Source: Candidatus Saccharimonadota bacterium
Lineage (GTDB): Bacteria; Patescibacteriota; Saccharimonadia; Saccharimonadales; UBA4665
Assembly: GCA_963718045.1 (NCBI GenBank)
Contig: OY970350.1
Location: forward strand, 600,001 to 632,000
Reading direction: 5' to 3'
Length of the DNA: 32,000 nt
Shown here one piece after another: positions 27,381 through 32,000 of this stretch. Position numbers and translations under genes: made by a program. Below the pieces are notes generated by a model, which saw nothing but the letters and a program-made list of their open reading frames with translations, ran no database searches and was not told the DNA's origin. The number at the start of each line of letters is the position of its first letter. Within the stretch, counting starts at the first letter, position 1.

Positions 27381-28811
27381 CTATATTAACCTAACTTTTA
27401 TGGTATCAGTTGTGCCTACTATGCCGGGCTGCTTACCAGAAGCTGTTACAACTATATTCCCGCTATTTAATATTTTCTCTTTGGCCAGCCAGTCTGTTAA
27501 TTTGCTGGCGGCGAGTCTATCTACCGGCCGGACATAACTCTTGACACCATAAACTAAGGAAAGTTGTTGGGCAACTTTCGGGTTAGAAGTAACGGCAATA
27601 ACTGGTTTTTTCGTTCTTTTAGAAGCCAGCATTCTTGCGGTAGCACCAGATTTTGTTTCAGCAATAATAGCTTGGGCTTCTAAAGTGTCGGCCAGATCAA
27701 CAATCGAGTGGGCGATTATTGCCTGTCTGGAATTATCTATAAACTCAGGAAATTTAAACTTAAGGCAACTGTTAGCCTCGGTGTATAGGATAGTTCTTTT
27801 CATCATTTTTACTGCTTCTAGCGGATGATTTCCAGTGGCTATTTCATCACTAAGCATTAGACAATCTGCGCCAGCTGTAACTGCATTAGCTATATCTGAA
27901 AGCTCGGCTCTTGTTGGTTCGGTTGAGGTTGACATGCTAAAAAGCATTTTGGCGGCAATAAAAACTGGCTTGGCATATCGTATGCAAAGATCAATAAACT
28001 GCGACTCAATTGCCGGCACAGCTTCTGGTAATACTTCGTAGGTTAAATCTTCCCTGTCTACCATTAAGCAGTCACTTTCTTCAACGATTTCTTTCATGTT
28101 TTCGATAGCTGCTTTAGTATCCACTTTGACTATAATCTGGGCCTTCATATTAATACTGGCTAAGATTTTCCTAAGCTCTCTAATATCTTCAGCCGTGTGA
28201 ACAAAACTAAAGTCTACATAATCTATATCTTCAGTGGAACCAAAGACTAAATCTGCCCTGTCTTTGGGAGTGATAATATCACCGCTAAAGTCTGTGTCTG
28301 GTAGATTTAACCTCTTTCCTTTAATAAGGAAGCCGTCATTTTCTATCTTTAAATGAACTATGCCGTCAGTTATAGATATTACTGTTGAGCAGATCTTGCC
28401 GTCATAGATATATATCCTCTCGCCTCGCCTAACCTTTTTACTTAGGTTAAGCTGAGTTGGAATAATGTTCGTGTCAGCATAATTAGCATTTAGCCCAAGC
28501 CTAATTGTCTGACCAGCTTTAACCTCAATAACACCGTCAAAGTCTCCGAGTTTAACTTTTAGACCTTGTAAATCCTGAATTATAGCAACTGGCTTATTAA
28601 GTTCTTCAGAGGCCTTTCTTATCCAGGCTATTTGTTGATGACGCTCTTCATTAGTACCCTGAGAAAAGTTAAATCTTAGACCATTAGCACCTGTTTCAAT
28701 GAGATCATATATTGCTTGGTAGCTATTAGTACTTGGCCCTAAGGTAGCAATGATCTTAGTTCGTTTATAGTTTGCAATTGGTACTTTATGCGGTTTTTGT
28801 AGCATGCCCAC
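27381..28811 (-). CDS. pyk: Pyruvate kinase homologue with divergent active-site motifs
   Basis: RTKIIATLGPS, PTRAELSDIANAV, GADCLMLSDE and the overall length and architecture match PK. Several catalytic and ion-binding motifs are substituted (see findings). Confidence 0.75.
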   Translation of the reverse strand: MGMLQKPHKVPIANYKRTKIIATLGPSTNSYQAIYDLIETGANGLRFNFSQGTNEERHQQIAWIRKASEELNKPVAIIQDLQGLKVKLGDFDGVIEVKAGQTIRLGLNANYADTNIIPTQLNLSKKVRRGERIYIYDGKICSTVISITDGIVHLKIENDGFLIKGKRLNLPDTDFSGDIITPKDRADLVFGSTEDIDYVDFSFVHTAEDIRELRKILASINMKAQIIVKVDTKAAIENMKEIVEESDCLMVDREDLTYEVLPEAVPAIESQFIDLCIRYAKPVFIAAKMLFSMSTSTEPTRAELSDIANAVTAGADCLMLSDEIATGNHPLEAVKMMKRTILYTEANSCLKFKFPEFIDNSRQAIIAHSIVDLADTLEAQAIIAETKSGATARMLASKRTKKPVIAVTSNPKVAQQLSLVYGVKSYVRPVDRLAASKLTDWLAKEKILNSGNIVVTASGKQPGIVGTTDTIKVRLI

Positions 28812-28981
28812 CAGCTTTTAATTTCTTATTATATTGTAACTTTTTCATGAACATTTTAATAATTATTGCTTTTAGTTATATATAAAAGGCGATTATCTAC
28901 TCATGACAAGTAAGTTAAAGAATATTGAGGGTCAAGTCTATTTGTGTATAAATTTATTCACAGTTAGCGTAATAAATCATA

Positions 28982-29010
28982 TTGACCCCTTGACATAATG
29001 ATGTTAGAAT
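28982..29010 (+). promoter_or_regulatory. Sigma70-type promoter with an extended -10 element
   Basis: TTGACC (28982-28987) is followed by a 17-nt spacer ending in TGt (29002-29004), then TAGAAT (29005-29010). The predicted TSS at ~29016-29018 coincides with the first base of the structured element. Confidence 0.45.
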
Positions 29011-29016
29011 GTTCTT

Positions 29017-29075
29017 GTGCTTGGGGCGAAAGCCTAGACTCTGCCAAGGATTCTCCTATGCAGGAAAACAAGCAC
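29017..29075 (+). ncRNA. Candidate structured small RNA (three-way junction), unclassified
   Basis: P1 pairs GTGCTTG (29017-29023) with CAAGCAC (29069-29075). P2 is GGC-GAAA-GCC, a GNRA tetraloop hairpin. P3 is CTGC-ca-AGGA-TTC-TCCT-at-GCAG. A second hairpin, AATGAG-TCA-CTCATT (29082-29096), and a T-rich tract (29104-29116) follow. Confidence 0.3.
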
Positions 29076-29091
29076 GCTAGAAATGAGTCAC

Positions 29092-29430
29092 TCATTGTGG
29101 CTTATTTCTTTTTTTATGGTATCTAATTCCATAAAAATGAGGATTTCCCTTACCTATTTGTCTAACTACAACTATCGCGCTAGCCTGTGTAATACCTATT
29201 TTACAAAACAATTCATGATATATAACTTGTTTCCCGAAGTTCGAATCATTGGCCTCGGTTAAACTAGATCTAACAATTATCTTGGAGTATCTCACTACAT
29301 TAGGTGCATGTTCTAGCAAATTAAGTCTCATCATCGCATCTTTTTTGCCTCTGGGGTGGCCGGTGCCTTCTATATACAAATGTCTAAATCCTTGGCCAGT
29401 AAAGTAGACCTTGGTTCTTAATAAGGACAA
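29092..29430 (-). CDS. Hypothetical basic protein (112 aa) lacking an ATG/GTG start; possible gene remnant
   Basis: The ORF is bounded upstream by an in-frame TAA. The only start candidate before residue ~34 is TTG at 29430. No domain was recognised. Confidence 0.35.
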   Translation of the reverse strand: MSLLRTKVYFTGQGFRHLYIEGTGHPRGKKDAMMRLNLLEHAPNVVRYSKIIVRSSLTEANDSNFGKQVIYHELFCKIGITQASAIVVVRQIGKGNPHFYGIRYHKKRNKPQ

Positions 29431-29578
29431 AAAATCACACCAATCTTTTTGTAGGCTTTTCTTTTCTTAAAAATAAACTTTTGTAGTTCTTCATCTGCAC
29501 CTTGTTTCACTTCTTAATTATCTCATGAAACAGATAATTTGTTACATACTGTAATGTGATAGTTGCAATATAAAATTA

Positions 29579-29607
29579 TTGACAGAAAAATCTATTATGT
29601 ATATAAT
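29579..29607 (+). promoter_or_regulatory. Perfect consensus sigma70 promoter (TTGACA-17-TATAAT) of the toxin-antitoxin operon
   Basis: TTGACA lies at 29579-29584, followed by a 17-nt spacer, then TATAAT at 29602-29607. The ATG at 29615 is 8 nt after the -10, which implies a leaderless or near-leaderless mRNA. An upstream TTACAtacTGTAA inverted repeat is a possible operator. Confidence 0.6.
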
Positions 29608-29614
29608 GGATTTA

Positions 29615-29890
29615 ATGAAAACAGCGACTATTAATTTTAAAACTGATGATGTAACCAAGGCAAAAGCTCAAGCTGTTGCTAGACAGATAGGCATACCTCT
29701 CAGTAACCTGCTCAATGCATACATCTATGAACTTGCGAGTACTGGTAGTGTGCATTTTACTACTTCCGAACCTATGACTAAAAAGATGGAAAAACTTATT
29801 GCTACGGCCGAGGAAGAAATAGCGGTTGGAGACATTAGCGGCCCATTTGAAACTTTAGAAGAAATGTTTGAGCACCTGGATAGTTTGTGA
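29615..29890 (+). CDS. relB: RelB/DinJ-family type II antitoxin
   Basis: MKTATINFKTDDVTKAKAQAVARQIGIPLSNLLNAYIYELA matches the ribbon-helix-helix DinJ/RelB pattern (xxxRxDxxxKxxAxxxxxxxGxxxSxxxxxFxxxV). The track's TTG start at 29579 coincides with the -35 hexamer, so the ATG at 29615 is preferred. The stop overlaps the toxin start (GTGA). Confidence 0.75.
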   Translation: MKTATINFKTDDVTKAKAQAVARQIGIPLSNLLNAYIYELASTGSVHFTTSEPMTKKMEKLIATAEEEIAVGDISGPFETLEEMFEHLDSL

Positions 29891-30150
29891 TGGTTATTTC
29901 AACTACCAAATCGTTCGATAAACAATATTCAAAATTGAATGTAAAAGTTAAAATCTCATTTAAAAGAAAGCTGGAACTTTTTTCGACCAACCCTTTTGAC
30001 GTTAGGTTACGGAATCATGCTCTTAAAGGTAAATATTTAGGTTACAGAAGTATTGATGTTATGGGTGACGTAAGAGCACTATACACAATAAAAGGAGACG
30101 AGGTTATTATTTTTGGCTTTATTGGATCACATAGTCGGCTGTATGGTTAG
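29887..30150 (+). CDS. relE: RelE/YafQ-family type II toxin (mRNA interferase)
   Basis: FDKQYSKL...LFSTNPFDVRLRNHALKGKYLGYRSIDVMGDVRALYTIKGDEVIIFGFIGSHSRLY fits the YafQ/RelE pattern (nP..p.L..H.LkG...g.rs..i..D.R.iY......i.....GsHs.lY). Confidence 0.8.
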   Translation: MMVISTTKSFDKQYSKLNVKVKISFKRKLELFSTNPFDVRLRNHALKGKYLGYRSIDVMGDVRALYTIKGDEVIIFGFIGSHSRLYG

Positions 30151-30665
30151 CCTATTTTATTGTGTATGAAGTAGTAGCTTGAAGCAGTACTTGCAGGCAT
30201 TATCCGCGTATCAACCTCGTCAAAACCAACTCTATTCATTTCTGAAATAGTCCAACTACCATTATCAGGATTGACACTCTCAACAAATGCCACGTGACCT
30301 AGCCCGCCAGGTGCATTAACGTCAACCATGATTGCCGTGTAGCTTGGTGTTTGATCGACTAAATAACCGTCAGCTTGGGCTCTGACAGCCCAAGTTATGG
30401 CGTTGCCCCAGGTATTAGGGATAGGCTCCCCTGCTTTTGCCCGAAGAAGTGACACCCAATAGGTACAGTTGCCGAATGCATAGTCATCATTAGCAGCTAA
30501 TGGTCCTTCGTATAGATATATATCCATGTTTGGGCCAGAAGACGAGGAGCCAGCCAGAACAAGTAGATTAGTCAAAGAGGACAGTGTAATTATTGGCAGA
30601 AGCAATAATGTGATAAGAACCGCTGCAGCTATACCGCTATATAACTTTATGTTACTTTTTAGCAT
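30147..30665 (-). CDS. Membrane-anchored CHAP-domain peptidoglycan hydrolase (T4SS-associated)
   Basis: It has an N-terminal TM helix. The CHAP catalytic context is FGNCTYWV (Cys) and GLGHVAFVESV (His) with ISEMN. It overlaps the VirB4-like gene by 14 nt. Confidence 0.8.
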   Translation of the reverse strand: MLKSNIKLYSGIAAAVLITLLLLPIITLSSLTNLLVLAGSSSSGPNMDIYLYEGPLAANDDYAFGNCTYWVSLLRAKAGEPIPNTWGNAITWAVRAQADGYLVDQTPSYTAIMVDVNAPGGLGHVAFVESVNPDNGSWTISEMNRVGFDEVDTRIMPASTASSYYFIHNKIG

Positions 30666-32000
30666 ATAGCTCGCTAGGATCTGTTGTTATTAGCGGATGC
30701 TCACTGTTTGATGCCACTATCTTAACCGCCACGTGCGTTTGGTCAACAATCATAAGACTGTCACCTCGTTCAGTTGTAAGCAGGTAATTTCTTTCAAATT
30801 CGCTTAGATTAAACTCACTGACAACGTTCTTAATAGTTGTCGAATCCTGGCGCATTAAGATTCTAAGAGCACTTTGCGAAGCAATTGCCCGGCCGTATTT
30901 ATTGTTTAAAAAGTCATTGGCTTGCTGGGATATGATTGATACGCCCAGGTAATATTTCCTCGCCCTCCTAACTAGACCGGCAATAAATCTGGCACTATCT
31001 TCATGTTCTAAAAGCAGCCAGCCTTCATCTATTATTAGAAGTCTCTTACTAGGTTCAGCTTTAATCTGATTGGATACAAAGTTAGCTATTATTAACATCA
31101 TCACTTGCCGCAAACTTTCCGGTATGTCCTTTATATCGAAAACAATTAGACGGTTAGTTAGTTTAATGTTCGTCGGTGAATTAAAGACTTCTGACATTGA
31201 GCCGTTGACGTACTTGTCCAGTCTCTCGGTTAATTTTGTTTGGCTTAGTTTTCCTAATTCGGTATATAGATCGCTAAGCAACGGCGCAGTTGACTGGTTT
31301 GTTTTTAGTACCGCTAAAAGTGCTTTGTCTACCATAGACCTTTCACGAGCTGAAAGACCTTCGGCAAGCAAAGATATTATGTCGGTGACGTTATCTATAT
31401 GCTCACTTTGCTGTTTTTTATTTAAGCTGGCTGCCAATGGGTCAAGCGGGTTAATTCTTTGTTTTGATCTTAAAGACAGTTTAATATATGTGCCCTTTAC
31501 CGACTGGCTGAGGTTTAGATATTCTCTTTCAGGATCAATGACTATTACTTTCGTACCATTAGTTAGCTGTCTTAATATTTCAACTTTAGTCAGATAGCTT
31601 TTACCGCTGCCTGATTGGGCAAAGACTATAGAATTAGCATTCGGCAAAGAGAAACGGTCAATAATAACCAGCGAATCGTTAGACTTATTTATACCAAACA
31701 ATATGCCGCTGGGCTGGACTAGTTCAGACGACATAAATGGAAATGTCAGAGCGGCAGATGAACTATCTAAGTTTCGTTTATATTCAAGTTCATCCGTTGC
31801 CCTGGGTAAGACTGATTGAAGGGCAGCTAATTGCTCGTACCTTGCTGGCTTAGTTAGGAATAGTCTTGAAGACATTGTCGATTCTAGCAGAGTGGTTATT
31901 CTGTCCAATTCACTTAGGTCTTTTGCTCTTAGGGCAACGTAAATACTTATTTGGAAAAGCTTCTCTTGTCCTCTTAAGATTTTGTCTCTTAGTTCAATGG
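30652..32000 (-). CDS. virB4: VirB4/TraE-family type IV secretion ATPase, 5'-truncated by the window edge
   Basis: Walker A is AQSGSGKSY and Walker B is LLIIDEGW. GVSIISQQANDF is a further family motif. The frame stays open from the track's TTG (31908) to nt 32000, so the N-terminal part lies outside the window. Confidence 0.8.
   Translation of the reverse strand, partial: IELRDKILRGQEKLFQISIYVALRAKDLSELDRITTLLESTMSSRLFLTKPARYEQLAALQSVLPRATDELEYKRNLDSSSAALTFPFMSSELVQPSGILFGINKSNDSLVIIDRFSLPNANSIVFAQSGSGKSYLTKVEILRQLTNGTKVIVIDPEREYLNLSQSVKGTYIKLSLRSKQRINPLDPLAASLNKKQQSEHIDNVTDIISLLAEGLSARERSMVDKALLAVLKTNQSTAPLLSDLYTELGKLSQTKLTERLDKYVNGSMSEVFNSPTNIKLTNRLIVFDIKDIPESLRQVMMLIIANFVSNQIKAEPSKRLLIIDEGWLLLEHEDSARFIAGLVRRARKYYLGVSIISQQANDFLNNKYGRAIASQSALRILMRQDSTTIKNVVSEFNLSEFERNYLLTTERGDSLMIVDQTHVAVKIVASNSEHPLITTDPSELYAKK

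Noticed and set aside
28900-28995. A 31-codon + strand ORF (MTSKLKNIEGQVYLCINLFTVSVINHIDPLT) in the pyk upstream region.
   Set aside because: It has no SD and no motif. It overlaps the predicted promoter elements and is most likely a chance ORF in AT-rich intergenic DNA.
29017-29075. Whether the three-way junction RNA is a type III hammerhead ribozyme (topology and GAAA junction strand match).
   Set aside because: The obligatory CUGAUGA core strand is absent, since the junction reads UAGACU. The A15.1-U16.1 closing pair and UH cleavage site cannot be formed.
29017-29116. Whether the same element is the small (4.5S-type) SRP RNA.
   Set aside because: It does not fold as a single long hairpin. 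The conserved helix-8 features are missing (GGAA tetraloop context, AGCA symmetric loop, 5'-side asymmetric loop). Only a fortuitous GCCAAGG match is present.

Overview
Calls rest on motif recognition and manual inspection only; no BLAST, HMM or RNA-folding runs were possible. The window is gene-dense and almost entirely minus-strand coded. It uses the standard genetic code, since TGA, TAA and TAG all terminate otherwise intact genes. Many genes are joined by 1-17 nt start/stop overlaps. From left to right:

- **1-3025 (+):** an operon of four genes, three of them type IV pilin-like (two with a classic G|(F/D)TxxE prepilin signal, one PilX-N-like).
- **3022-7857 (-):** a 1611-aa Cys-rich, N-terminally anchored giant surface protein. 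It contains three near-identical ~229-aa tandem modules. It is convergent with the pilin operon and sits 49 nt downstream of atpC.
- **7907-13061 (-):** an F-type ATP synthase cluster, atpF-H-A-G-D-C. It lacks atpB/atpE and has a truncated epsilon subunit.
- **13160-25772 (-):** housekeeping genes. These are a group-I cysteine desulfurase, two unknown ORFs, tatD, metG, a HIT protein, a GH37 trehalase, an RRM RNA-binding protein, tmRNA (ssrA, not in the ORF track), an unknown ORF, rsmA/ksgA, a DUF348/G5 cell-wall protein, pcrA/uvrD and tpiA.
- **25860-28811 (-):** an unannotated AbrB-like micro-ORF, then pgk and a motif-divergent pyk.
- **28.9-32 kb:** an accessory-looking end. It holds a promoter-driven structured RNA candidate, an ORF without an ATG start, a RelB/RelE-type toxin-antitoxin pair with a perfect consensus promoter, a CHAP hydrolase and a VirB4-like ATPase that runs off the window.

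By inference, the combination points to a small-genome, Gram-positive-type or CPR/Patescibacteria (Saccharibacteria-like) episymbiont. The supporting features are type IV pilins, a Gram-positive-style T4SS, a giant adhesin, a streamlined ATPase and partial glycolysis. The most interesting candidate system is the minor-pilin operon together with the modular giant surface protein, a possible host-attachment apparatus.
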